Positions 1-12,306 of a DNA stretch of 64,000 nucleotides are shown here, piece after piece. The stretch spans positions 23,126,001 through 23,190,000 of the forward strand of contig OX597830.1 of assembly GCA_951406725.2 (NCBI GenBank), read 5' to 3'. Position 1 is the stretch's first letter; each line of letters starts with the position of its first letter. The DNA is from Octopus vulgaris. Taxonomy: Eukaryota. A model generated the notes under the pieces. It saw only the letters and a list, made by a program, of their open reading frames with translations. It ran no database searches and had not been told where the DNA came from. A program made the position numbers and the translations under genes.

Positions 1-96
1 TACCATTTGGAGAAGAGGGCACTCAGAAGTGGACATTAAGGGGAAACGTGTGTAGGGGGGGGGAGAGTTTAATAAGGGGCTGCGTGCGTGTGTGTG

Positions 97-127
<31 letters not shown>

Positions 128-1175
128 TAGTGTGCGCGCATGTGTACGTCGTTGCAAGGAACAATTCCCAAACTTCCTTTGACTCGGCTCTAAGGTTAAT
201 TATACTAATTATCGTTTATTGATTCAGTTCCGCTCTCTCCAGCATCAGAAAACCACTTTCCTGATCGCATGAGGCTTACGTAATGGAGGAAATGTTAAAA
301 CAACAATAAAACAACAACAACAACGACAACGCTGACGACGACGACGACGGCGATGATGACGATGACAACGACGACAACATCATCATCAGTGGTGCTCCAG
401 ACATGTTTCAAACATGGGAACTGGGTCAAGAGTAAGTCGTTGCGTTTCGTTAAGGACGTAAATCTTTGCGATAATGTCATTACAGGAAAATTAAAAATGA
501 AATAATTAAAGAAAATCACAGCAAGAATATTTTTTTTTTAAAATTTAATGCGCGCGCGTACACACGTAGACACACAGAGGGGGGTCCCAAGTATCGTCGG
601 TAGGGGTTAAGTTCTCATACGAAAACCTAATACTTAGGGGGCACAGCTGTTGTTGGTAAAAAAAAAAAAGCGAGGTTCCACATTCTGTGCCTCTGAGAAG
701 GAAAGAGAAAGAAGGAAAAGGAAAGGAAGAACAAAAGGCGGGAAAAGAACAAGAGGCAAAGGAAGAGGAGGAGAGCCGAGAGGAAGAAAAGCAAGAAGAG
801 AAAAGAGAAGAAAAATAAGGAGGCGGCGACGATGACGGATGATGGCGTAGAAGAATTGGCCGATCAAAGTAAAAAATGAGTCTAAGACTGATCATTTCTC
901 AGTTACTTGTTTTAGTCGTTAGACTGCGGCCATGCTGGGGCACCGCCTTGATTTTTTTCTGCCAGCTCTTCGCACCTATCTATCTATCTATCCATCCGCC
1001 TGTCCGTCATCTATCATAGCTTAACAGGCCGGAACTTCGAAGTAACTGTCAGCATTATTATTGTTAAAGAATAATAAATCTGTACTCAACGAAGTGTATC
1101 GAGTAATCCTTGAATTTAATGCAAAATTGGTTTTATTATAACAAAAAAAAAAAAAACTGTACGCGTGCGCATATA

Positions 1176-3353
1176 TCTAATATATAAAATCCGTTCTGTC
1201 TGTCTATCTGTCTGTTTGTGCGCTTATAACTCTAGTGTTGTTCATCCGATCGCACTGAAATTTTAAACATAGATACATGAGGGAGCGAGGCGTTCCGTAA
1301 TCTAAAACGATTTTCAAAATTGTTAGTTTCAAAGTGAGAATCGCTATTTTTGTAATCTTTTTGTCCTGTTTGTTCTGTCATTAAAAACAACGTGTTTGCT
1401 CAGACAGCCGGCACATACCATTTCGCTAGCAACAAGGGGAATACACGATGACAGTCAGCCAAAACCGTCGCTATACTGTCTCTCTTCTTTCCTCTCTCTG
1501 TCTCTCTTATGATGTCCGATTCCACTTTAAGTTATATATATATTGTGTTAAGAATAGTTATCAATCAATTATCCTTACTGAGAAGAACCAGTCAAAAGTA
1601 ACCACCACATACAATCACCAAACATCTCCACTACTTAACACAGTCCAAGTTTGGGGTTAATAATCTTAATCTTTAGTTAGAGTTTCTCATTCAAACTACA
1701 TTATCGGATTAAGACAGTAGGGTGTTTTGAGGGAGATTTGGCTGCTATTTCTACCAGGTCTAGCTATCATGTAGAGGTCTTCTACATACATATTGGTTCA
1801 TACATACATATACACATAAAATCGAAATAAAATACTGAAGCAACGGCCGTCAAATACAAAAGCCAAGGTCCATGCAGTGTCACAGGCCAAATAAATTTCC
1901 AACTTCTTGCCTAATGCGAATCCAGAGCAATTTCTTATATCTTACACTATTTCAGTATTGCGTTTCTATTGTAATGTGAGATAATACTTTCAGTTTGAAA
2001 GAAGTCTGTCCTATATATATATATATATATATAAATATATATATAATGCATTCCAAAACCGAGTTACAGATTTTGACGTATGGGGTATCAAAAGATTCAG
2101 TTCTGATTCGGTTACAAATTAAACATAATTTCCATTCACATATTTGCATTTCAAAATTGTAACATTATAATCTTTTCCATAAATCAACTATCTTAAACAT
2201 TTTATACGATGACGTCACATTTTCTATATGTGTGTGTACCTTAAAAGACATCAATCATCACGACACACACTTTCACTCACTCATTCACTCTATCTCTCTT
2301 TATCACTCTCTTTATCTCTCTCTCTCACACACACACGCGTCCATTTCATATAGACGTACATACATCTTTCACTTTCTTTCTCTGTCCTTTTCGCTTTCTC
2401 TTCTTTCAATTTTTGCTCTCATCAAATAAAGTTTTACGGAATGAGCGGGAAGAAACACAGAAAAGACATAATCGCTCCATAAACAAGTATAAAGCAAGGA
2501 GGATTGTGGAAAACCGAAGGCATGAGTCTAAAGAGAGATGAGATTTTCTCAAGATCAGCAAATACATGTTGCAGCTCTTAATGCCGGATCATTAAATCAA
2601 TGTTTGATGATTAGACAGAGGTCCAGTAGAATAACTCTCAGAAACAGACTACGTACAAATTCGTTCTTCACAACTTCTGAAGCTGTTTTCAGATATGAGC
2701 CATCCCGTTCTTATAAAAATAACTGTCCAAATTGGTGTGCTAAACACAAATTGTCGTTTTTGTAGAGCTTTAAAATTTTCAAATGAAACAAATGGTATGT
2801 GCTGCTCAGGCGGTCAGGTAACATTGCCAGCACTATTAGCTCCTTCTCAACCTCTTATGGATATTCTAGAAGGCACTTCCATGCAGTCAAAGGATAAGAA
2901 GATAAACATGAATTTACGCCGACGTCAAAGTTCAAGGGCAAGTCTATCATCTCATTGGTTCCCTGTTACCCACAAATGAATAACCACAGTTCCTCCAAAT
3001 TTACTTTGAGTGATGTAGGACAACAAACCCGAAGGGGGTGTTAAAATTTCAGATGATGGGTCGTGTTAGACACAACGCTGACTACTGCAAACGAAAGTAT
3101 ATCCACTTACAGCTTTTCGATGCGTTCAAAAATCACATAACACCCACCTCCAATTTTCCATGACAGGTTAGGACCTGAAATACTCCAAACGGACGCATAG
3201 CATGTTGCTTAGTCGAATTAGGCCAGCATTTACTCCACAAATATTGTGTTGTCAATGCTACACCTCCCCATATCACCTGTTTCAACATAACTGTAATATA
3301 TTAAATACGAACAATGTCATTTTAATACCGAGCAACGCCGGGTATCTCTGCTA

Positions 3354-3354
<1 letters not shown>
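1176..3354 (+). mobile_element. Internally deleted Helitron
   Basis: Starts A|TC followed by tatataaaa...ctgtctgtc. Ends in hairpin taccgagcaacgccgggta plus CTAG|T at 3351-3355. Internal ORF remnant carries the RepHel N-terminal Zn-finger motif. Confidence 0.85.
2695..2900 (+). pseudogene. Helitron RepHel N-terminal zinc-finger fragment
   Basis: IGVLNTNCRFCRALKFSNETNGMCCSGGQVTLPALLAPSQPLMDILEG fits the C-x2-C-x-ALKF..E..G.CC..G.V.LP pattern of animal Helitron proteins. Truncated. Confidence 0.8.
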
Positions 3355-3433
<79 letters not shown>

Positions 3434-3534
3434 AATTAATGTGTATGTGTGTATGTACATACAAAGCCAGTGTACTTACTCGCTTGCCCTGAATATTAAT
3501 ACACACACACACACACATATAGATGCACAGATGT

Positions 3535-3825
3535 GTGTGTGTGTAAGGTACGTGTTAGTCTTTCTCTCTATGCAACTTATTAATAACCTTTCAGTGACTC
3601 TACACGTCAGTATCATTTTTCTTTAGCATCAATTAATTACAAATTACAAATTGCAATTGCTTTAACAGACAGACATAGATATATTTCGTACATGCCATAA
3701 TGGTTTTAACAATACAATTACATAAGCCGATGTAATTGCTTCGTAATTCCCCAGCTCCGATCTCAATGACATATGATCGACGGCGTTCCACCCGTGACCA
3801 TCCCATCACCCTTCTCGCTAGCTTC
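3535..3825. repeat. Arm 1 of a ~290-bp inverted duplication (partner 6327-6610)
   Basis: The reverse complement of 6327-6610 aligns along its length, e.g. acagacagacatagatatatttcgtacatgccataatgg. Confidence 0.9.
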
Positions 3826-4518
3826 TAAGCTGTAACGTTTATTTAATTTGCTCGTTATTGATGTCTGTTATTAAAATACCTTTATCATTTTCGCATGCCA
3901 GTGTTGTATAATTCCATGTCAGTCTTGTTTGAGCAGACCTATATTCAAATCCGTTCCACCTATGACAGTCCTGTGTATTATTCATCATGTATGTTAAAGA
4001 TCCTATTATTTAATCTATCCTTCTTTCCCTTAAAATAATTTCTGACAGGTTGGATGGCTACGTACCAGATCTCTCGTTGGCTTAGCTTTATCATTAGAGC
4101 TCGGGGAAAAAGACCCAGCGGTATTTCTTCCGGATTATTACGTCACGAGTTCAAATCCCACCGAGGTTGACTTTGTCTTTCATTCCTCTAGGGTCGATGA
4201 AATAAAGTATTAATCGAGTATTGGGAGCTCGATAGCATCGACTAATCTCTCTTCAAAGTTACTGGCCTTGTGTCTAAACTAAAAAAAAAACCATATTCTT
4301 ATGTTGTTCCTAGTGTTGTCTAGCCCCAAGTAGGCTCTGATCAAGCATGTTACCAAAAGTGTTCCAGCCATGACTATCCATTCATTTTGAACATCAGAAA
4401 CTACACTGTCTTCTTGCCTAATGCGAGTCCAGAGCAATCTCTTATATCTTACACTATTTCAGTATTGCGTTTCTATTGTAATGTGAGATAATACTTTCAG
4501 TTTGAAAGAAGTCTGTCC

Positions 4519-4573
<55 letters not shown>

Positions 4574-4576
<3 letters not shown>

Positions 4577-4685
4577 CTGTTCGCTTAGCCAGCGGGGTGG
4601 CGTCATTTGAAGGCTAAAGCAATGCGAAGCGCATTGTGACCAGCGATGTGTCGCAACATCTGATAGCCTGATCAGTCACGGTGAT
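4574..4685 (+). mobile_element. Short retroposon 3' piece with RTE-like tail, inserted in (TA)n
   Basis: Ends tgtgaccagcgatgtg...tctgatagcctgatcagtcacggtgat, similar to the 3' end of the RTE LINE at 54531-54600 (minus strand). Flanked by (TA)n. Confidence 0.6.
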
Positions 4686-5345
4686 ATATATATATATATA
4701 ATGCATTCCAAAACTACACTATTTCAGTATTGCGTTTCTATTCAAATGTGAGATAATACTTTCAGTTTGAAAGACGTCTGACCATCCATTCATTTTGAAC
4801 ATCAGAAACTACACTGTCTAGTGAGTCAGTAGAGTACGATTTGAGAGAGATTTTGGTTTGGTTTCTATTTCTAGTAAGTCAAGTGACCGTTTAGAGACCC
4901 GCTCATTGTCTCATGGCGTTTATTATACTGTAGTTATTATCTAGCGATCAGATTTTGGTCCCCACTTTTAGTATTCGATTGTAGGCCGCCGATAATCATA
5001 TCTGGAACAGGCCACACCCCCTTGATATTCACGGTAACATTGAGACCTGTGATCAGCCCTCGGTGTACAAGGGGGCTACAGCCACAGGCTATACGCCTCG
5101 ATGCTGTGTTGTATCCCTACATCCAATATTCGATTGTAGCCGAGAACCACATCTGAGAGGGAACATACCGTTGATAGTTAGGGTAACCTCACATGTATGA
5201 GTGACCCTCAGCAGATGTCAGAGAAATAATTGTCACACGTTACACACTGTGGTACCATGCTGACTCTACTAGCCTGGAACATGACTAATAAAGAAATAAA
5301 ATTTAACCTTTGAAAGAATTCCTCTTCTTACCATTATTATTATTA

Positions 5346-5750
5346 AGGCGGCGAGCTGGCAGAATCGGTAGCACGCCGAGCAAAATGCTTAGCGGCATTT
5401 CGTCCGTCCTTACGTTCTGAGTTCAAATTCCTTCGAGGTCGACTTTGCTTTTCATCCTTTCAGGGTCGATGAAATAAGTACCAGTTACGCACTGGGTCGA
5501 TGTAACTGACTAGCTTCCGCTCTCAAAATTTCAGGCCTTGTGCCTATAGTAGGAAGGATTATTATTACGTCGGACAAAACGCTTCGCAGCGTTTCTTCCG
5601 ACACGTTTTTACGTTCTGAGTTCAAATTCTGATGAAATCGAGATTGCTTTTATCCTTTTGGGGGTCGATAAAAGAAGTACTGCGGTCGATGTAATCGACT
5701 AGCCCACTCCACAAGTTTAAGGCCTTGTGACTGCCATAGAAAAGATAGTT
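5346..5750 (+). mobile_element. tRNA-derived SINE family A, two adjacent copies
   Basis: Head ggcgagctggcagaatcgg, B box gagttcaaattcc, central gaggtcgactttgc(c)tttcatcctttc.gggtcgat domain, (tta)n tail. Other copies near 4100, 15250, 20830-21262, 22200, 53730 and 61945. Confidence 0.85.
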
Positions 5751-5754
5751 AGGT

Positions 5755-5965
5755 ATTTGAAGAAAATTTCATTTCCCTGAAAGATATGAGGGAACAAAGC
5801 CGACTCACGTGAATTTTTCGACCCCGACCCTCGGGAAAAATTTTCACCACAAATTCCGTTATAATCGGAATCTATACCATCTGATGTGTATTTGAAGAAA
5901 ATTTCATTAAAAATACCCATTATTCTGGAATTTATGAGGCAAGGAAATCCGGGTGTGGGGCACAA
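5755..5965. repeat. Unclassified dispersed repeat; reverse-oriented relative at ~17065-17345
   Basis: gtatttgaagaaaatttcat...ataccatctga...gtggggcac matches the reverse complement of 17066-17180. Confidence 0.6.
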
Positions 5966-6326
5966 TTCACGAGACGAATGCATCACAGTGGGGTAGCTAG
6001 AATTTGTGCCGCTTGGAACACCCCTTGAGTTAGCCGCACCCTTTCCTCGGTAACCCACGCCTATATAATTTTATACAGCATACTCAAAAGTGGAGCCCCT
6101 GTAAAAAAAAAGCGTCGCCCGGTTCGGACCGTACTCCCTCCGCCCGTCTCCAGCTACACTACAGGAGAGGGAGGGGGTCATCGAGCCCCAAAACAATGAA
6201 ACGGCATAGTTGACCTTGGCGAGATTTGAACTCAGAACATAGAGAACCAGAATCAATATTGCAAGGAGGCATCTTTTTGCAATTTCGCTAATCGATATCG
6301 AACGTATTTTAATATCGATGCAATTG

Positions 6327-6610
6327 GAAGCTGGGAGAGAAGAAAGGTGATGGGATGGTCGCATGTGGAACGCTGTTGATCATATGTCAGTTAGATCGGA
6401 GCTGGGGGAATTACGAAGCAATTACATCGACTTATATAATTGTATTATTAAAGCCATTATGGCATGTACGAAATATATCTATGTCTGTCTGTTGGAGCAA
6501 TTGTAATTTGTAATTAATTGATGCAAGAGAAAATGATACTGCCGTGCGTGGAGTCACTGAAAGGTCATTAATAAGTTACACAGAAAGACTAACGTGTACC
6601 TTACACACAC
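6327..6610. repeat. Arm 2 of the inverted duplication (partner 3535-3825)
   Basis: See partner feature. Confidence 0.9.
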
Positions 6611-6629
6611 ATATTGATACATACGTACA

Positions 6630-6662
<33 letters not shown>

Positions 6663-6797
6663 GCACTGAAACATATATGACAGCAGGCATGTACATACAC
6701 AAGGAAAGACGTACTTATAAGTACACACAAAATAAGTGTAAAGATATATATATACATGACAGACACATATATTACATTCACATACATACATGCATAT

Positions 6798-7658
6798 ATG
6801 GGATATGGTGAATATATTATCGTCTAAATTATGCAAAAATGAAAATAAATCTCATTTTAACATATATTTACCAAAATTACATTAAAATATCTAGAAATAC
6901 TAAAGAGGAAATTTATTCAATAATATCGCCACTGGTTTCAACCACGGCCTCCAGACGACTTTGGAATCTCCTACAACTCTTCTGGATGGTCTCCTTGTTT
7001 AAGTTGGTGAACGCTGCCATAACCCTTGCCTTCAGTTCAAGGTGTTTTGTTGGTCTCTCACTCAAATACGCCCCACTCATAATAATCGAGGGGGTTGCAG
7101 TCTGGGGAGTTAGACGGTCAGATGTCAGGGGTAATGTGATCGTAGAAATTTTCTGACAGCCATGACTGGGTTCTCCTGCTTGTGTGACATGATACAGAGC
7201 CCTGTTGCCAGACATAGGGTCTTCCAGCAGCCACTCTCTTAACCCAGGGCAGCACTACCTCCTTTAAGCACTTGAGGTAAGCCTTCGTGTTGAGTCTGAG
7301 GCCAAGTAAGATATGGAGGCATAACGTCGCCATCACAAGTGATCACTCCAAACAATATGATGTTGACTGGATGTTTGATTTTTATCACTCTCGGTACATG
7401 TCCTCACCTTGCACTGTCTTCAGATAGACATCCAAACATTCTGAAATGTTCGTATTGGAGCTTCTGGCGCGAATGCCAAGCAGTGCACCATGTCGTTTCC
7501 AAATTTCCGGCAGAGTGAATCGCGTCATGGTTTTTTTTTTCTCAAAGACGGTGCCCAACTAACCCTACTATACTGTGTAGTCGACAAAATCAAAAACAAA
7601 CAAAGCGCATGTGTGAAATTAAAAATATAAAATGGCGACAATTTACCTATCGCACTCT
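6798..7658 (-). mobile_element. Deleted maT (DD37D) Tc1/mariner-superfamily element, copy 1
   Basis: Transposase remnants LPWVKRVAAGRPYVWQQ..CHTSRRTQSWLSENFYDHITPDI and C-terminal CRRFQSRLEAVVETSGDIIE. Homologous to 43653-44530. Confidence 0.85.
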
Positions 7659-7915
7659 TTTTGTGTGTGTGTATATATATAGATATATATATATCGATCA
7701 ATACACACACAAACACATTATGTACATACTTATGTATGCGTATATATTTGTGTGTATTTTCGCATATAGCACATACATATGAATGCGTGTGTGTGTGTGT
7801 ATATATATATATATAAAGTTAATCCAAACAAGAAAACACAAAAAAACACAACAACGCGAGGACGTGGAACAAATATAGTATTATTGGACGCTTAGGAAAG
7901 AAGGGAAGAAGGAGG

Positions 7916-7950
7916 GTTTAACGTTTCGAGCGGAGCTCTTCGTCGGAAAC
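7916..7950 (-). ncRNA. Minimal type-I hammerhead-like motif, CCGACGA core
   Basis: Minus strand reads GUUU CCGACGA A GAGC-UCC-GCUC GAAA CG U U AAAC, so stems I and II and a palindromic stem III all form. Lies in a ~180-bp insert (7815-7998) between TA tracts. Confidence 0.7.
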
Positions 7951-8696
7951 ATAGGAGAAGGAAAAATCCCGAGAAGGGAAGACAGAGGGAAAAAAATACA
8001 TATATATATATAGGTATGTTTGTACACACACAAACACATACACACATAGGCTCATGTGAAGGGGTTCTCAACCAGTACATCGGCACGGAGATCTAAAGCC
8101 GGGCTCAGAGATCCCAGAAAGGGCACTGTAAATTCATGACTGAAGAGGCCCGTTCCTCTTCTGAGATTAGGCCCGGCCCTCTTCTGAGATGAGGCCCAAA
8201 AGCAGCTTCGCTGTTTCACTTTGCGAAGTTCCTCTCGGGGGTTCATCCCAGAACTACATCATTTAAAATGGTAAGATGTAATATGAGAGGGGTCCGGCTA
8301 GGTTGCAATATATCTCATAAAAGGATCAAGCACTATCTACGCTGTTGTTTAGACCCAAGTCAGCCCTGATCCAGTATACATGTGATTAAAAATGTTACAA
8401 TCATAACTATCCCTTGTTTTTTATTTTCCTTCAAGGCAATATGTACACACCAGCGGCTTAGTCTCTCATAACTTTCTGAAAAATGGATATTTTTAAATGA
8501 AATTTTCTACGAAGCTGTGTGGTAAGAAGTTTGAATCTCAACTACATGGTTCCGGGTTAAGGCCCAGTGTGTGGCACCTCGGGCAAGTGTTTTCGACTAT
8601 AGCCTCAGGCCGACAAAGGCTTTGTGAGTGGATTTGGTAGACAGAAACTGCAAGACACCCGTAGTGTGTGTGTGTATAATATATAATATATATAAG

Positions 8697-8975
8697 CAAT
8701 TGCAGCGTGGAAGGTGTTAATAAGCCATTTAAGAAACACACAAAAGCCGTTCGATTCACTTCAACATTTAAATTTAATTTTTCAAAATATTTTCGTCGCT
8801 TTGAGACCGCGACTTGTTCACTGACAAAACTTCGAGATGCATCTCGAAGTTTTGTCAGGTTGCGGTCTCAAAGCGACGAAAATATTTTGAAAAATTAAAT
8901 TTAAATGTTGAAGTGAATCGAACGGCTTTTGTGTGTTTCTTAAATGGCTTATTAACACCTTCCACGCTGCAATTG
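8697..8975. mobile_element. ~280-bp near-perfect palindrome, probable Penelope-like inverted pseudo-LTR remnant
   Basis: caattgcagcgtgg...ccacgctgcaattg with centre atgcat. Inserted in the TA microsatellite of a family-B SINE (head ~8510-8665, tail ~9130-9370). Relative at 60300-60590. Confidence 0.7.
8778..8829 (-). ncRNA. Hammerhead-like motif with G3-C8 swapped core (GUGAACA)
   Basis: UUUUGUCA GUGAACA A GUCGC-GGUCUCAAA-GCGAC GAAA AUAUU U UGAAAAA. Confidence 0.6.
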
Positions 8976-9032
8976 TTTTCGTTCCAGCACACGATCTCAG
9001 ATCAGATCACTTGCTATGCAATTACATCTCCG

Positions 9033-9069
<37 letters not shown>

Positions 9070-10703
9070 TATTTAGCAGAAGTAGATTCAGGTCCGAGAG
9101 TTTTGTACATTGGCACTTATATATGCGTATATATCTGTGTGTATGTGTCTTTGTCTGTTTGACACCCCTCATCACTGCTTGACATCCAGTGTTGGTATAT
9201 TTACGTTCCCTTAAGTTAGCGGTTCGGCAAAATTTACCGATAGAATAAGTACTAGACTTTAAAAAAAAATCAAGTCCTGGGGGTCGATTTGTTCGACTAA
9301 AACCCTTTAAGGCAGTTCTGCAGCACAACTGCAGTTACATGACCGAAGCAAATGAAAAGAATAAAAGAGAGATACACTTCCGATATTTTATGATATCATG
9401 GTCGAAATGTGAAGTGAAGAAAAGAAATTGAAGGAGGGGGGTTCGGATAATTCATTTACCTCACTGAAACGTACGATGAAGAAAAAGTTATGAGGAAACA
9501 AAGTCGATGAGGGGAGTGGAAACACAGCTGTAATTATTGCCTCTTATCTATGAGTAACGTTGAGATTATCTATTCCTGATATTTTTGTTTATAAAGAGGG
9601 CGGATGTGATTTGAGGAGTGAATAAGTTGCTATTTCTAACCGACAGAGCAAAAATGTCACATACATCAAAATAATTTTACAAGGGGTCTGGCAGGGTTGA
9701 ACTAGATATATACCTGGTTGAGTCGTTAGAGTGTTAGGAAAAGTGCTTGTGATATTTATTAACGTAATAAATTCAAAATCTATCGCAATTAACGTTGCCC
9801 TTCATCCTTCCGGGGGTGGGGTTGGGGCGGGTCGATGAACGCCCCCCCCCCCGAACACCCGCGCATTTGTTTGCCTTTTCTTGCTCCTTCCGTTCCCCCC
9901 TCACCATTTCCTCCTCTCTTCTCATTCCTTCCTCCTTCCCTCCCGCCTCTCTCACCCTGGTCCGCTAACCCTTTCATTCAACGTTTCGATAATAAGGACA
10001 TATAAAACGCCACTACCCTCGTTAAGGAGTAAGTAGAACCTCCAAACCCCCATCGGCAACAAAACGACTTCGGTCTGTTTCTCTGTCTGTCTGTCTCTGT
10101 TTGTCTCTCTCTCTCTCTCATACACACTCACACAAATGCGTTGTTGCTCATCCTGTACATCAAAGCATTGCTATAAAAACACATTTCATGCAATCGGACA
10201 GACAATGGATTGACGGATAACAATGAGAGGGTATGGCAAAAAAATGATGAAGAAAATGTTTATAGTTGTTAGTGATGGGAGCACGTATTATGTATGTGTG
10301 CATCTATCTGTCTAACCATCTAATATGTACAGAAAAAAGGCCAATCCAGTACTTAAAATACTGAGGGGTGAGAGTTATTTATGATTATTACAACTGTTAC
10401 TTTATATCCAGTCATTCGAATTTCACGCTCCTAATCATCAAACACACACATTTTTATTATCGAAAACAGTTTGCTTCGGTTCCATGCGACATGAAGTTTC
10501 GCAGGCCTCTGAGAGAAGCCCGCCTCTCTCAGGCTTCTGATATGTTTTACGATGGGATTCTACTCAGTTTCCGTCAACCATAATCATTCGCAACGCATCG
10601 GTTGGACTGGAGCGATAGTAGAAACTACATAACTGGGAAGCAAACATTGCAACCACACACCCATACTTGCACCTCAATATGTGTGAGTGTGCGCGCATAT
10701 GCT

Positions 10704-11010
10704 GAGACTCCCTTCGGTCATGACTGACCATGGGATTGCACCAAGAAAGTCACCCCCTCCCCCAGGCACAAGTCCGGGCAAGGTTGTTTATGGAAGACCA
10801 GCAGTCGCCCATGCATACCGACCTCTCCTCTCCACGCCACCAGTGTTATCCAAGAGAAAGGCAAGGGCCGATACAGCTTGACACCTGTGACGTCGCAACT
10901 CATTTCTACAGTTCTTTCAATAACAAAACACGCAGCCCAGTCCGGGATTCGAACTCACAACCTCACGATCGTAAGCTCGACGCTTTAACCACTGAGCTAT
11001 GCACCTTCAC
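10704..11010 (-). mobile_element. tRNA-derived SINE family D
   Basis: Minus-strand head gcatagctcagtggttaaagcg...gtgagttcgaatccc. Related copies at ~12765-12930, 18600-18890, 43350-43620 and 51440-51728. Confidence 0.75.
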
Positions 11011-11012
11011 TG

Positions 11013-11058
<46 letters not shown>

Positions 11059-11059
11059 A

Positions 11060-11091
<32 letters not shown>

Positions 11092-11120
11092 ACATTGTCA
11101 ACTAAATAGAAGATATATTT

Positions 11121-11154
11121 CGCCGATGAGACCTAATAAGACTGAAATAGTCCG
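11121..11154 (+). ncRNA. Degenerate hammerhead-like motif, CCGAUGA core
   Basis: CG CCGAUGA [broken stem II] GAAAU A GUC CG, in an insert following (TA)n. Confidence 0.4.
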
Positions 11155-11689
11155 TTACTTTCAACTGTTGGCCTTTAACCCAGACCTACACCAATCTATA
11201 TTCTCTTTAGTTCAAAGATTCCGACCAGCTGATCTTAAAGGAGGCTATCTTCATAGTTTATTAGTTTTTAGATTGTAAACGCCACAGAGGGAGTCCTTAA
11301 CTACTAATGGCTTGGTTAAGTTCAATCAACCGTAGTTTATCATCTTTGTATATTAATTTAGACAGAATCATATTTGTATTTAATATGCAGAACACTCTCC
11401 CTTGGGGCATTTCGCTATTGTATAATGATATTCTCATACGTGACACACACACACACACAGCTGTGTGAGTGCGCGTGAATCAGTGTGTGCCTAGATGTAA
11501 ATATATATCTGAGAATGGGTGTGCGTCTGTGTGTGTGGTTATAAATGCATATTTCATGTGTGTGTTTTCGAGTATATGTGTATATGTGAATATGTGTATG
11601 TGTGAGTTTACGCGGTCAGTATCAGCACACATGAGGGTAATTGGATAGGTAAACGAAATACAGTAAAAGTGGCGGGGTGGTTGGAGGGA

Positions 11690-11987
11690 GGGTGGTTGGA
11701 GAGAGAATACGAAGCGAAGGAGATAAGAACATCGTGAGACAAGTGTAGAAAGGGAGAGCGAGAGAGACGACAAAGGAAAAGAGAGCGGTAGTGATAGGGG
11801 AAGAGAGAGATAGAAATAGAATGAAAGACAGAGTACAAAGTGAGGGGGAGAGGAACATAGTGAGATAAATGCAGAGATATAGATATATAGAGAGAGGACA
11901 ACAAGAAAAGAGAGAAGTAGATCGATAAGAAATATTGATAGATAGATAGATAGATAGATAAACAGATAGATAGATAGATGGAAGAAG

Positions 11988-12026
<39 letters not shown>

Positions 12027-12209
12027 CAGAGAGAGAAAGAGAGAAATGGATGACATGCAGAAAGGGAGGAGAGAGGAAGAGAGGGAATAGAGATGTGGAG
12101 AGGGAGAGAGAGAAAGAGAGAGAGATGGAAGAAGAGATACAGAAAGAGAGGAGAGAGAAAGAGAGGGAAGAAGTGATGAAGAAAGGGAGAGGGAGAGAGA
12201 GAGAGAGAG

Positions 12210-12260
<51 letters not shown>

Positions 12261-12306
12261 AAGAAAGAAAGAAAGAGAGAAAGAAAGAAAGAAAGAAAGA
12301 AAGAAA
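11690..12306. repeat. Polypurine low-complexity tract: (GA)n, (GATA)n, (GAAA)n
   Basis: Visible directly. Explains the long F/L/S-rich ORFs on the minus strand. Confidence 0.95.

Noticed and set aside
401-431. 31-nt AG...GTAAGT microexon candidate
   Set aside because: Weak polypyrimidine tract and no supporting coding signal.
8138-8212. CUGAAGA GGCC...GGCC CAAAAGCAGCU hammerhead-like trace
   Set aside because: GAAA is absent and stem I is out of register; too degenerate to call.
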